A stretch of 64,000 bases of DNA from an uncultured Clostridia bacterium (lineage in GTDB: Bacteria; Bacillota; Clostridia; Oscillospirales; Acutalibacteraceae). Of the stretch, positions 18,021 to 28,473 are shown piece by piece (within the stretch, counting starts at the first letter, position 1; each line of letters starts with the position of its first letter). Position numbers and translations under genes: made by a program. Where the stretch lies: contig CALGGQ010000352.1 of assembly GCA_937915775.1 (NCBI GenBank), positions 343 through 64,342 on the forward strand. Direction: 5' to 3'. Under the pieces are notes generated by a model. It was given only the letters and a program-made list of their open reading frames with translations, was not told the DNA's origin and ran no database searches.

Positions 18021-18221
18021 ATGGTAAGACTTTATCATCTTGCTCTTGACGGCGAGGAACACGGTCTGCTTCTGCGTGGTCTTGACAGCCTCAAAGATGA
18101 ACTGAAAAACGGCAAGGATATGGAGGACTGCATTGAAGCAGTAAACAAACTCATTGTAAAGGTTGGTAAAGCACCCGTAAAAAAGTTTAAGGTCATTGAA
18201 AGGGATAATGATGCGAGATAA
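18021..18221 (+). CDS. Small hypothetical protein preceding virD4
   Basis: GAGG RBS, 66 aa, overlaps the virD4 start. Confidence 0.65.
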   Translation: MVRLYHLALDGEEHGLLLRGLDSLKDELKNGKDMEDCIEAVNKLIVKVGKAPVKKFKVIERDNDAR

Positions 18222-20001
18222 CAATCGCAAATCAATCTTTATCATTGCCCTTATCGGTATTCTGCCAGTAATATGGTTCGGCTTAGTAATTGCGCCGCAT
18301 ACAAGTGGCGGACTTCCCGATATGCTTTCTGCTTTAACGGAAGCAATGGAAAATCCGCTGAATATATCATTATGTGAGGACAGCCTAAAAACTGTCCTCA
18401 TTGTTTTGATGATATATGCTTTATCAATCGGTGTTGCTTTTGCAAGCATGAGAAATTACCGTAAGGGCGAGGAGCACGGCTCGGCAAAGTGGGGAAACAA
18501 ACACACCATAAGAAAGAAATATGAGCAAAAGCCAAAGTCCAATAACAAGATACTCACAAATGAGGTGTGTATGGGACTTAACGCAAAGGCTCATATGAGA
18601 AATCTCAACACGCTTGTTGCAGGTGGCTCCGGTGCAGGTAAAACCTTCTTCTTTGCAAAACCGAATATTATGCAGTGCAACTGTTCTTTCGTGGTAACAG
18701 ACCCAAAGGGCGAAATTGTCAGAGACACAGGCGCAATGTTAAAGGCAAACGGCTATGAAGTTGTCGTTGTTGATTTAATCAATATGGAGCGTAGCCATTG
18801 CTACAATCCTTTTAAGTATTTGATGAGTGACAACGATGTGCAAAGACTTGTCACAAACCTTTTCAAAAGCACCATGCCAAAAGGCTCACAGAGTAACGAT
18901 CCGTTCTGGGATACGGCTGCTCAAATGCTTTTACTTGCTTTGATATTCTACCTTATCTATGAAGCGCCCGAAGATGAACAGAACTTCGCTATGGTAATGG
19001 AAATGTTAAGAGCTGCTGACATTGATGAAGAAGCAGGCAATTTTGATAGCCCTCTTGATATGCTCTTTGATGATTTGGAATCTGACAACCCAAATCATAT
19101 TGCTCTTAAATATTACCGTTCTTATCATTCCGGCTCAAGCAAAACGCTTAAATCTATTCAGGTGACATTAGCGGCAAGGCTTGAAAAGTTCAACCTTGAC
19201 AGCCTTGCTTCTATGACCTCTTATGACGAGCTTGACTTACAAACGCTCGGCGAAAGGAAGGTAGCTTTATTTGCCGTTATTCCCGATAACGATACGAGTT
19301 TTAATTTCCTTATTTCTATCCTATATACTCAACTCTTTCAACAGCTTTTCTATGCTGCTGACAGTATCTACAAAGGAGCGTTACCAATGCCCGTTCATTT
19401 CTGTATGGACGAGTTTGCAAACATATCGCTTCCCGATGACTTTGATAAGATACTGTCCGTAATGCGTTCAAGAGGTGTATCCGTATCCATCATTATTCAG
19501 AATATGGCTCAGTTAAAAGCGCTCTTTGAAAAGCAATGGGAAAGCATTGTCGGTAACTGTGATGAATTTCTTTATCTCGGCGGTAATGAGCAATCAACAC
19601 ACAAGTATGTTTCGGAACTGCTCGGAAAGGAAACGATTGATACAAATACCTACGGCAAGAGTATGGGCAGAAACGGAAATTACTCAACAAATTATCAGAT
19701 AACGGGCAGAGAGTTAATGACTCCTGATGAGGTTCGTATGCTTGATAACAAATACTGCATTTTATTCATTCGTGGCGAGCGACCAATTCTTGACCTTAAA
19801 TACAATATACGAAACCATCCGAACTTTGCATTAACGGAGGATGGTGGTGCAGCACCATATATTCACGGCGATGTTGATAAAAATGTCGCCACCATTTCTT
19901 TTCTTGGTACATCTGTTGATGACTTACCTGACGCAGACGAAGCCGAGAACAACCTTGAACTTCTTACAGAAGAAGAACTTGAAACAATTTTTAACATTTA
20001 A
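18208..20001 (+). CDS. virD4: Type IV coupling protein VirD4/TraG
   Basis: Two N-terminal TMs, HGSAKW, GGSGAGKT, TDPKGE, DEFAN, RSRG. Confidence 0.95.
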   Translation: MMRDNNRKSIFIIALIGILPVIWFGLVIAPHTSGGLPDMLSALTEAMENPLNISLCEDSLKTVLIVLMIYALSIGVAFASMRNYRKGEEHGSAKWGNKHTIRKKYEQKPKSNNKILTNEVCMGLNAKAHMRNLNTLVAGGSGAGKTFFFAKPNIMQCNCSFVVTDPKGEIVRDTGAMLKANGYEVVVVDLINMERSHCYNPFKYLMSDNDVQRLVTNLFKSTMPKGSQSNDPFWDTAAQMLLLALIFYLIYEAPEDEQNFAMVMEMLRAADIDEEAGNFDSPLDMLFDDLESDNPNHIALKYYRSYHSGSSKTLKSIQVTLAARLEKFNLDSLASMTSYDELDLQTLGERKVALFAVIPDNDTSFNFLISILYTQLFQQLFYAADSIYKGALPMPVHFCMDEFANISLPDDFDKILSVMRSRGVSVSIIIQNMAQLKALFEKQWESIVGNCDEFLYLGGNEQSTHKYVSELLGKETIDTNTYGKSMGRNGNYSTNYQITGRELMTPDEVRMLDNKYCILFIRGERPILDLKYNIRNHPNFALTEDGGAAPYIHGDVDKNVATISFLGTSVDDLPDADEAENNLELLTEEELETIFNI

Positions 20002-20015
20002 CGGAGGTAACTTTA

Positions 20016-20366
20016 ATGAAAAAGTTAATCAAAAAGTCTGAAAGACTTAACACACGCAGAGAGCTGATGTCAAGAAAGACGAAGGTTCTCTTTTCCATTT
20101 TCGTAGCCGTTGTTCTTTCAATGTGCTGCTTTACCATCACAGCTTTCGCCGCTGACGACCCCTTAGCGGTAGTAAACAACTTATCCACCTTTATCTTTGG
20201 TCTTATCCGTGCGATTGGTCTTATCATTCTCGGCTTCGGTATCGTGCAGGTCGGCTTATCGCTGAAATCTCACGATCCGTCCCAGAGAGCAAACGGACTT
20301 CTCACTCTTGCAGGCGGTGTTGTTATTACCTTTGCAAAGGAAATTCTTAACCTTATCACAGGCTGA
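20016..20366 (+). CDS. Maff2/VirB2-like small membrane protein
   Basis: Signal-like TAFA, two hydrophobic helices, SHDPSQRANG motif; between virD4 and virB6. Confidence 0.7.
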   Translation: MKKLIKKSERLNTRRELMSRKTKVLFSIFVAVVLSMCCFTITAFAADDPLAVVNNLSTFIFGLIRAIGLIILGFGIVQVGLSLKSHDPSQRANGLLTLAGGVVITFAKEILNLITG

Positions 20367-20377
20367 ACAAATTTACA

Positions 20378-20404
20378 AAGGGCAGGCCTGAAAAGGCTTG
20401 CCCT
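20378..20404 (+). terminator. Intergenic stem-loop (no clear U-tract)
   Basis: agggcaggcc tgaaaa ggcttgccct. Confidence 0.4.
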
Positions 20405-20422
20405 AATCAAAGGAGGTAAACT

Positions 20423-21259
20423 ATGTCAGACAACTGGGTAGTACAAAACCTTGAAAACGCCATTGAAACTTGGAATAACAAGTTAAATGAAATCTGGACT
20501 TTACTGACACAGTCCCCTCAAGATTTCAAAGGCGGAAGCATTTGGACAACGATAGTCAATATTAACGGTGCTTTACAGGCAATCGGACTTGCTTTGCTTG
20601 TACTGTTTTTCGTTGTCGGTATGGTTAAAACCTGCGGTTCCTTCGCAGAAGTTAAGAAGCCTGAACACGCATTAAAACTCTTTGTTCGTTTTGCAATTGC
20701 AAAAGGTATGGTAACCTATGGCATGGAGTTAATGCTTGCGATATTTAATATTATTCAGGGTGTAATATCAACCATTATGACAACATCGGGTTTGTCCGGT
20801 GCTACTTCAACAACTCTGCCAAGTGAAATGGTGACGGCGATTGAAGATTGCAGTTTTCTTGAAAGCATACCGCTATGGGCAGTAACGCTTATCGGTGGTC
20901 TTTTAATTACTGTATTATCTTTTATCCTTATCCTTACCGTTTATGGCAGGTTCTTTAAGCTGTATATGTACACGGCATTAGCACCTATCCCGCTTTCCAC
21001 CTTTGCAGGAGAACCGACACAGAACATCGGCAAATCATTCCTCAAATCATATTGCGGCGTATTGCTTGAAGGCGCAGTTATTATTCTTGCTTGCGTTATC
21101 TTTTCGCTTTATGCGTCAAGTCCGCCGCAGGTGGATGCAAACGCAGCAGCCGTTACAATGGTTTGGAAATATATCGGCGAGCTTGCCTTTAATATGCTTG
21201 TTCTTGTCGGTACAGTTAAGATGTCAGACAGAATTATTCACGAGATGATGGGCTTATAA
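20423..21259 (+). CDS. VirB6-like conjugation membrane protein
   Basis: Multi-TM; VYGRFFKLYMYTALAPIPLSTF motif. Confidence 0.85.
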   Translation: MSDNWVVQNLENAIETWNNKLNEIWTLLTQSPQDFKGGSIWTTIVNINGALQAIGLALLVLFFVVGMVKTCGSFAEVKKPEHALKLFVRFAIAKGMVTYGMELMLAIFNIIQGVISTIMTTSGLSGATSTTLPSEMVTAIEDCSFLESIPLWAVTLIGGLLITVLSFILILTVYGRFFKLYMYTALAPIPLSTFAGEPTQNIGKSFLKSYCGVLLEGAVIILACVIFSLYASSPPQVDANAAAVTMVWKYIGELAFNMLVLVGTVKMSDRIIHEMMGL

Positions 21260-21372
21260 TTAAAGGTTAGGGTATTTTACACCTGAATTTTAACTCAAAC
21301 ACTTGCTTTTTTATCAATTCTTTGGTATAATCAGTTAAAAGTTAGGGAACAATACGCCTAAGTTTTAACTGA
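21260..21372 (+). promoter_or_regulatory. Sigma-A promoter flanked by two related palindromic operators
   Basis: TTGCTT (21303) - 17 nt - TATAAT (21326) with TG extension; ttaaaggttagg..cctgaattttaa and cagttaaaagttagg..cctaagttttaactg. Confidence 0.7.
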
Positions 21373-21376
21373 AAGG

Positions 21377-22675
21377 ATGTTTTCTATGAGAGAAAATATA
21401 AAAAGAGATTACTATTTACAACAGTTAATTGATAAAAGAGAAAACGGTTTGATAAAGGTTGTTACAGGCATTCGCCGTTCGGGAAAAAGCCATTTGTTAT
21501 TTATTTTGTTTAAGGATTATTTACTTGAACAAGGAATAAAAAAGGAACAAATAATTGAGCTTCCGCTTGATGTTGATGAATATGTTGACTATCGTGATCC
21601 TGATAAAATGTCAAAGTATATTCACGAAAAAATAACTGATGACAAAATGTATTACATTTTGATTGACGAGGTTCAATATGCCATAAGCAAGGAAGAATTA
21701 AAGAATCCCGAAAACATCAGATTGTATAATGTACTAAACGGATTATTGCGACTTCGTAATGTTGACGTTTATGTTACCGGAAGCAATTCAAAAATGCTTA
21801 CAAAGGATGTCTTAACTGCGTTTAGAAACAGAGGCGACGAGGTTAAGGTATATCCCCTTTCTTTTAGGGAATATTATGACTTTGTAGGCGGCGACAAATC
21901 AGAAGCATACGAGGAATATGCACTTTACGGCGGTATGCCGCTTGTGCTTTCTAGAAAAACCGATGCAGAAAAAGCAAGATATTTACAGGGATTATTTGAG
22001 GAAACCTATTTTAAGGATATTACCGAGCGATATGATATTGAGCTTGAAGAAGTATTAAAAGAATTGACAGATGATTTATGCTCGTCAATCGGTTCATTGA
22101 CCAATTCAACAAAAATCGCCAATACGCTTCAATCTGTAAAGCAAATCAAGGTTTCTTCTAATACCATTTCAAAATATCTTAACTATTTAGTTGAGTCATT
22201 CTTATTTAATGTAGCGCAAAGATATGACATTAAGGGCAAAAAGCATTTTGAGTATCCTTCAAAGTATTACTGTACTGATATAGGACTTCGCAATGCAAGA
22301 CTGAATTTCCGTCAGCAAGAGGAAACGCATATAATGGAAAACATTATATACAACGAGCTGATTTACAGAGGATACAATGTTGACGTTGGCGTTGTTGAAA
22401 TCATTGAAAAGGTTGACGACAAGCGGACTAAAAAGCAATGTGAAATTGATTTTGTTGTCAATGTCGGTTCAAAGCGTTACTATATTCAATCTGCATTAAG
22501 CATTCCCGATGAAAACAAAATGCAAACCGAACTCAGACCGTTAAAAAACACCAATGATTTCTTTAAGAAAATCATTATTACCAAATCATCAATGAAGCCT
22601 TGGAACGATGAGGACGGTATACTTCATTTAGGACTATTTGATTTTCTTCTTAATGAAAACTCATTGGATTTCTAA
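21377..22675 (+). CDS. AAA_14/DUF4143-type ATP-binding protein
   Basis: GIRRSGKS, IDEVQ, VTGSNS, YGGMP, ENIIYNEL, EIDFV; start may be 21386. Confidence 0.88.
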   Translation: MFSMRENIKRDYYLQQLIDKRENGLIKVVTGIRRSGKSHLLFILFKDYLLEQGIKKEQIIELPLDVDEYVDYRDPDKMSKYIHEKITDDKMYYILIDEVQYAISKEELKNPENIRLYNVLNGLLRLRNVDVYVTGSNSKMLTKDVLTAFRNRGDEVKVYPLSFREYYDFVGGDKSEAYEEYALYGGMPLVLSRKTDAEKARYLQGLFEETYFKDITERYDIELEEVLKELTDDLCSSIGSLTNSTKIANTLQSVKQIKVSSNTISKYLNYLVESFLFNVAQRYDIKGKKHFEYPSKYYCTDIGLRNARLNFRQQEETHIMENIIYNELIYRGYNVDVGVVEIIEKVDDKRTKKQCEIDFVVNVGSKRYYIQSALSIPDENKMQTELRPLKNTNDFFKKIIITKSSMKPWNDEDGILHLGLFDFLLNENSLDF

Positions 22676-22702
22676 TCCCATTAAAAACACAATAAACCCA
22701 TC

Positions 22703-22745
22703 AAATCGTTATTTTTCCACCCGAAGAATAACGATTTATTTTTTA
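22703..22745 (+). terminator. Putative intrinsic terminator
   Basis: aaatcgttatt...aataacgattt followed by T-run. Confidence 0.55.
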
Positions 22746-22758
22746 TTAGGAGGTAAAA

Positions 22759-23139
22759 ATGAGAGTACAAATCAATAACGAGTTTCGTGATTACAGCGAG
22801 GCTCTGTTCTTTGGGCTGAATATGCGTCAGCTCATTTTTTCTGCCCTCGCCTGCGGTGCAGCAGTCGGCTCATATTTTCTTTTGAAAGAGCATTTCAGCC
22901 TTGAAACGCTTTCTTGGCTGTGTATTCTGATTGCTTCACCCTTTGCAGCGCTGGGCTTTGTAAAATACAACGGAATGAACGCAGAGCAGATTGTTTGGGC
23001 GTGGATTAAATGTGATATTCTTATGCCCTACGAACTGAAATTCCGTAGTGAAAATGCCTTTGAAAAGCTCGGCAAACCCGAAGAAGAAAAAGGCAAAAAG
23101 AGAAAAAAGAAGAAGGAGGCAGACGATGTCACTATTTAA
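22759..23139 (+). CDS. prgI: PrgI-family (VirB3-like) protein
   Basis: FFGLNMRQL, two TMs, YNGMNAEQ; precedes virB4. Confidence 0.88.
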   Translation: MRVQINNEFRDYSEALFFGLNMRQLIFSALACGAAVGSYFLLKEHFSLETLSWLCILIASPFAALGFVKYNGMNAEQIVWAWIKCDILMPYELKFRSENAFEKLGKPEEEKGKKRKKKKEADDVTI

Positions 23140-25450
23140 GAAGCTTTTCAAAAAGGATAAGGAACGCTTTAAAATTCCGAAATCTGTTCAGCAGGCTATT
23201 CCTATTGAAACCGCATATACTGACGGTGTGTTTCAGGTAGGCAAAAAGAGATATTCAAAGACGTACAGATTCACGGATATTAACTACTCTGTTGCAAGTG
23301 ATGAGGACAAAAGAGATATGTTTCTTGATTACTCGGCGTTTCTCAATTCTTTTGATGATGAAGCAACAACAAAGATTACCATTAACAACAGAGTGGTCAA
23401 CAAAACCGACCTTGAGAGAGGTTTGCTTATCCCTTATCGTCAGGACAATCTTGACGGCTATCGCAGAGAGTATAACGAAATGCTTATGGATAAGGCGGCA
23501 AGCGCCGACTCTATCGTGCAGGAAAAGTATATTACCGTTACCGTCGAGAAAAACGATATTGAGGAAGCAAAAGCATACTTCTCCAGAATTGAAACAGACT
23601 TTACGGCAAGACTCAAAAAACTTGACAGCAAGCTCATTGATTTAAGCGCAAACGACAGGCTTCATATTCTTCACGACTTTTACAGAAACGGAGAGGATGA
23701 AGCCTTTGACTTTGACCTGAAGCAGACGGACAGAAAGGGACACGATTTCAAAGACAGTATATGTCCCGATTCCTTTGAGTTCAAGAGGGACTATTTCCGC
23801 ATGGGAGATAAATACGGCAGAGTGATATTCCTTCGTGATTATGCTTCAGGTATTTCCGATAAGTTTGTTTCAAAGCTCACTTCGCTTAACCGTAACCTTA
23901 TGCTTTCCATTGACATTTCGCCCGTGCCTGCACACGAAGCAGTAAAGAATGTTGAAAAAACGCTACTCGGTGTAAACACGGAAATCACAAACTGGAAGCG
24001 TAAGCAGACCTCTAACGGAAACTACGGCGCAGATGTTCCGTATGATATGGCGGCACGAAAGGAAAAGGTTGAGGACTTACTCAACGACATCAATGACCGT
24101 GACCAGCGTATGTTTATGTGCGTTCTCACAATGGTTATTACTGCTGATTCAATGGAGCAGTTAAACAGTGATACAAAGCAGATTATGATGACCGCACAGA
24201 GCGAAAACTGTCAGATGGGTAAGCTTACCTTTCAGCAATATGAGGGACTTCGCACAGTTCTTCCTATCGGCGCTTGTGAGATTGAGTGCAAGAGAACCTT
24301 AACGAGCGAATCCCTTGCAGTCTTAATGCCATTCAGAGTGCAGGATATTCGCCATAACAACGGCATTTACTACGGTATCAATCCTATCAGCAAAAACCTT
24401 ATCCTTATCAGCCGTGGGGAACTTCTTAACGGCAATAGTTTTATTCTTGGTGTTCCCGGCGGCGGTAAGTCCTTCACGGCAAAGGGCGAAATTGTTGAAC
24501 AAATGCTTGCAGGCAAAGCGGATATTATCATCATTGACCCTGAAAGAGAGTATTCGCCGCTTGTGAGGGCTATGAACGGAGAGGTTATTCCTATCTCTGC
24601 AACATCACCTTATCATATCAACGCTCTTGATATTAACAAGGACTATGATGAAAGCGCTAACCCGATTACGCTAAAATCACAGTTCATTATGTCCCTTTGT
24701 CAGCAGATTATGGGCAACCTTGATACTAACCCGAAGCACCAGTCAATTATTGATAGCTGTGCAAGGAAGATTTACAGAGAATATATCAATAACGGCTACA
24801 AAGGCACTCCGCCTACTCTTGTTGATTTCAGAAACGAGTTAATCAAGAGAACGGAACCCGAAGCAAAGGATTTAGCACTTGCGCTTGAACTGTTTACAGA
24901 AGGTTCACTCAACACCTTTGCTCAGAATACCAATGTTGATACGGATAACCGTCTTATCTGCTATGATATTCTTGACCTCGGTAAGCAGCTTATGCCTATC
25001 GGTATGCTTGTTATCCTTGACAGTATTCTCAACAGAATTACTGCAAACAGGGCGAAGGGCAAGAAAACATATATCTTCATTGATGAGATTTATCTTCTCT
25101 TTGAATATGAGTATAGCGCTAACTTCCTTTTCACTCTTTGGAAACGTGTTCGTAAGTACGGAGCGTATGCAACAGGTATCACGCAGAATGTTGAGGACCT
25201 ATTACAGAGTCATACGGCGAGGTCAATGCTTGCAAACTCCGAACTTATCGTTATGCTGAATCAGGCTTCAACGGACAGAGTAGAGCTTGCAAAGCTGCTG
25301 AACATTTCCGAGGAGGAAATGAAGTATATTACCAATGTTGATGCAGGACACGGACTGCTGAAAATCGGCAGCTCACTTGTTCCGTTTGAGAACAAGTTCC
25401 CGCACAACTCCTTATATGCCCTTATGAGCACAAAATTTGGTGAATTTTAA
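23126..25450 (+). CDS. virB4: VirB4-like conjugation ATPase
   Basis: GVPGGGKS, IIDPEREY, IDEIY, RVRKYG, TQN; AGGAGG RBS before ATG 23126. Confidence 0.95.
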   Translation: MSLFKKLFKKDKERFKIPKSVQQAIPIETAYTDGVFQVGKKRYSKTYRFTDINYSVASDEDKRDMFLDYSAFLNSFDDEATTKITINNRVVNKTDLERGLLIPYRQDNLDGYRREYNEMLMDKAASADSIVQEKYITVTVEKNDIEEAKAYFSRIETDFTARLKKLDSKLIDLSANDRLHILHDFYRNGEDEAFDFDLKQTDRKGHDFKDSICPDSFEFKRDYFRMGDKYGRVIFLRDYASGISDKFVSKLTSLNRNLMLSIDISPVPAHEAVKNVEKTLLGVNTEITNWKRKQTSNGNYGADVPYDMAARKEKVEDLLNDINDRDQRMFMCVLTMVITADSMEQLNSDTKQIMMTAQSENCQMGKLTFQQYEGLRTVLPIGACEIECKRTLTSESLAVLMPFRVQDIRHNNGIYYGINPISKNLILISRGELLNGNSFILGVPGGGKSFTAKGEIVEQMLAGKADIIIIDPEREYSPLVRAMNGEVIPISATSPYHINALDINKDYDESANPITLKSQFIMSLCQQIMGNLDTNPKHQSIIDSCARKIYREYINNGYKGTPPTLVDFRNELIKRTEPEAKDLALALELFTEGSLNTFAQNTNVDTDNRLICYDILDLGKQLMPIGMLVILDSILNRITANRAKGKKTYIFIDEIYLLFEYEYSANFLFTLWKRVRKYGAYATGITQNVEDLLQSHTARSMLANSELIVMLNQASTDRVELAKLLNISEEEMKYITNVDAGHGLLKIGSSLVPFENKFPHNSLYALMSTKFGEF

Positions 25451-25527
25451 TTATTGACAATCTGCAAAATATTTTTGCGGTTAGTTGAGGGCTTGCAGAT
25501 AACTAAAAACATTTACGGAGGTAAAAA

Positions 25528-26250
25528 ATGAGAAATGCAATAAGAATAATCGCTATTATTCTGCTTGCTTGTATCGCCGTTTATTGCGGTTATGAGATAT
25601 ACACAGAAAGCAAAGAGGATAATGTGCAGATTACAGAATTTGAGGAGATTGCTGAAACAATCAAAGTCAACGGTGATGAGGTTGATGAGGACAAATACAA
25701 AGACCTCTATGAACAGAACCACGATTTTGTCGGTTGGATACGCATTGATGATACGCCTATTGATTATCCTGTTATGCAGAGCAAAAACAATCCTGAGTTT
25801 TATCTAAAGCATAATTTCAATAAGGAATATTCCCGTTTCGGCGTTCCTTTTGTTCAGGCAAACTGCGATATTGAAAAAGATGACAATATCATCATTTACG
25901 GGCATAATATGCGGAACAAAACTATGTTCAATGCCCTAACGCAGTATTCAGACAAAGGGTTCTGTGATAATCACAAATTCGTACACTTTGACACCTTGAA
26001 CGAGAGCAATCTCTATGAGGTAATTGCTGTATTCAAAACAAAAGCCTATTCCAATAATGGCTTCCGATATTATGATTTCACAAAAGCAAATACGGAAGAA
26101 GAATTTAACGCCTACATTGATAAATGCAAGGCGTTATCTTTTTACGAAACGGGCTTAATGGCTGAATACGGAGATAAGCTCTTGACCTTATCCACCTGTG
26201 AATACACGCAGAATAACGGAAGACTTGTTGTTATTGCAAAACAGATTTGA
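25528..26250 (+). CDS. srtB: Class B sortase
   Basis: N-terminal TM, IDYPVMQ, IYGHNM, LTLSTC, GRLVV. Confidence 0.92.
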   Translation: MRNAIRIIAIILLACIAVYCGYEIYTESKEDNVQITEFEEIAETIKVNGDEVDEDKYKDLYEQNHDFVGWIRIDDTPIDYPVMQSKNNPEFYLKHNFNKEYSRFGVPFVQANCDIEKDDNIIIYGHNMRNKTMFNALTQYSDKGFCDNHKFVHFDTLNESNLYEVIAVFKTKAYSNNGFRYYDFTKANTEEEFNAYIDKCKALSFYETGLMAEYGDKLLTLSTCEYTQNNGRLVVIAKQI

Positions 26251-26260
26251 GGTGAGATAA

Positions 26261-26629
26261 TTGTCAAAGGAATTATCAAAGGAACAAAACAGAAAAATCA
26301 AAAAGCTCATTAAAAGCAAATGTGCAAATTACTGTGATGATAACTGTATCGCTCTTGATGAAGGCGAGGGTTGCTGCTGCGTTCAGATGATAAGCAATCA
26401 TTTTATGTGCAATTATTTCAAAAACGCAGTTCTTCCCAATGACGAGATTCTTGAAAAGGAGCTTACGGGAATATCAAGCAAGGACAGATGCGTTCTTTGT
26501 AAAAAGCCAATTATCAAGACGAATAACAAAAAGATTTACTGTGCTGAATGTGCTAAACAAAGGTTAAGATTTCAGCAGGCAGAATATGCACGAAAAAAGA
26601 GCTTGAAAAACTCGAAAAATAGAGGCTGA
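26261..26629 (+). CDS. Cysteine-rich VLP-domain protein
   Basis: CANY..CIALD..CVQMIS..CNYFKNAVLP and two CxxC pairs. Confidence 0.8.
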   Translation: MSKELSKEQNRKIKKLIKSKCANYCDDNCIALDEGEGCCCVQMISNHFMCNYFKNAVLPNDEILEKELTGISSKDRCVLCKKPIIKTNNKKIYCAECAKQRLRFQQAEYARKKSLKNSKNRG

Positions 26630-26736
26630 AAAAGTGAGTGTTTATGCGGGTTTCCGTCTTTCAGTTTTGAACGGTTAAGATGGTTTATCCTTTTTCTCAA
26701 AAATCGGCTTCTATTTTTCGTTTTCGGAGGTGAATT

Positions 26737-28470
26737 ATGGCTGATATTAAAGAGGTAGCAAAGCATACAATTAAGACGGTTGACCGTGCTGCTATTGCTA
26801 CCGAAAAGATTAAGGATGTCGGCATTAAAACAAAAGAAAATGTAAAAAAGGTTACCGAAACCAATGAAAACAATCCCAATGAATATGCTACCAATAAATC
26901 TCAGGCTTCTACCGAAGTGGCTGTTGGTACTGCTACCTATGTTGCCCATAAGGTCGGCAGAAAGGCTTATGAAAAGACAAAGCAGGATGTTAAGTATTAT
27001 CATGACAGGTTGAAATATGGCGAACCTGTTTCCCAAAAAAGAACGTTCCAAATTGAAGCAGATGAAATAAAGGAAGCAGGAGAGCAAACAGCAAAAGCGA
27101 TTGATAACATCAAAACTGTTAATACTGTTACTCAAAGAAGCGGAACAGAAACGGCAAGCAAAATCAAGTTATTTGGTAGAAAGTCAAAAGATACCATTAA
27201 AACCGTTGAAGGCAACAAAAAGGTTATTCGCTCTGCTAATGACGGCAGAGTGTTAGCGCAGGAAACAACGAGGCAATCTGCAAAAGCGGCAAAGAAAGCA
27301 GAAGCAATTACAAGAGAATCTGCAAAGGAAGCGGCAAAGCTCGCTAAAAAATCAGCAGCGTTTTTGAAGAAAATTGCAAAGCTGACGATAGAAGCAGTTA
27401 AATCGCTTGTATCTGCTATTATTGCAGGCGGGTGGACGGCGGTTATTGTCATTATCGTTATCTGTATGATAGGTGCAGTAGCCTATTCTGTTTACGGGAT
27501 ATTCTTTTCAAACGAGGATAGTGGAACGGGTATTACGATTCAATCTGCTGTTATTGAACTCAATGAGGAATTTTGGGCTGAAACAGAAAAAGAAAAGGCT
27601 AAATACACCTATGACACATTAGATATGTCAGGGTATCAAGCCGATTGGAAAGAGGTTCTTGCCATCTATTCTGTTAAAGTGAATACTGATCCAAATAATC
27701 CTCTTGAGGTTGCGACAATAGATGAAAGCAAAAAGAATATGCTTCGTGACATCTTTTGGGATATGAACTCCATATCGTCAAGAACGGAAACAGCAGAAAG
27801 CACTACTATTGTTGAAACAACAGACGAGCAAGGAAATGTTGTTCAGGAAGAACAACCCGTTACCAAAGTAACTTTGTATCTTACAATTAACGGCAAATCT
27901 GCCGATGAGATGGCAGAGCAATATGGTTTCACGGATAAGCAGAAGGAATATCTTGCCGAGCTTTTATCGCCTAAAAACGATAAAATGTGGAACTCCCTTA
28001 TTTACGGATTTGGAATAGGCAAAAACATTGATATTTCAACGCTTGATTTCAGCAGTGAAACGGCAATAGAAGCACAAAAGAAAGTGGTTGTTGTTGCAAC
28101 AAATTCTGCTGAGTACGGTATTCCGGCAAGTAAGGGATACTGTCAGGCGTGGGTTGCGGATGTATATCAGGTTGCCGTTGGTAACAGAGGTCACGCAGCT
28201 TCAGCAGTTGCCGCAGGCAGAATGTGGTCTGTTTCAAAGGATTGGTCACAAATTCAGGTCGGCGCTGCTGTTTACGGATATTCAAGTAGCCAATACGGTC
28301 ATGTTGGAATCTATATCGGCAACGGTATGGTGGCTCACAATATCGGCGGCGTTAAAATTGAAACACTTGAACATTGGGTGCAATATTACAAAGGCGTTTG
28401 TTGGGGATGGGAAAACGGAAAGAATTTATCCGGTAATCCTAAATACAACTGTGTCGGTGGACTAATATGA
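26737..28470 (+). CDS. Conjugation cell-wall hydrolase (CHAP/NlpC-P60-like C-terminus)
   Basis: Basic N-terminus, central TM, GYCQAWV and YGHVGIYIGNG catalytic Cys/His. Confidence 0.82.
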   Translation: MADIKEVAKHTIKTVDRAAIATEKIKDVGIKTKENVKKVTETNENNPNEYATNKSQASTEVAVGTATYVAHKVGRKAYEKTKQDVKYYHDRLKYGEPVSQKRTFQIEADEIKEAGEQTAKAIDNIKTVNTVTQRSGTETASKIKLFGRKSKDTIKTVEGNKKVIRSANDGRVLAQETTRQSAKAAKKAEAITRESAKEAAKLAKKSAAFLKKIAKLTIEAVKSLVSAIIAGGWTAVIVIIVICMIGAVAYSVYGIFFSNEDSGTGITIQSAVIELNEEFWAETEKEKAKYTYDTLDMSGYQADWKEVLAIYSVKVNTDPNNPLEVATIDESKKNMLRDIFWDMNSISSRTETAESTTIVETTDEQGNVVQEEQPVTKVTLYLTINGKSADEMAEQYGFTDKQKEYLAELLSPKNDKMWNSLIYGFGIGKNIDISTLDFSSETAIEAQKKVVVVATNSAEYGIPASKGYCQAWVADVYQVAVGNRGHAASAVAAGRMWSVSKDWSQIQVGAAVYGYSSSQYGHVGIYIGNGMVAHNIGGVKIETLEHWVQYYKGVCWGWENGKNLSGNPKYNCVGGLI

Positions 28471-28473
28471 CAA

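Noticed and set aside
17508..18449. 313-aa minus-strand ORF
   Set aside because: Antisense to three well-supported plus-strand genes; no recognisable motifs
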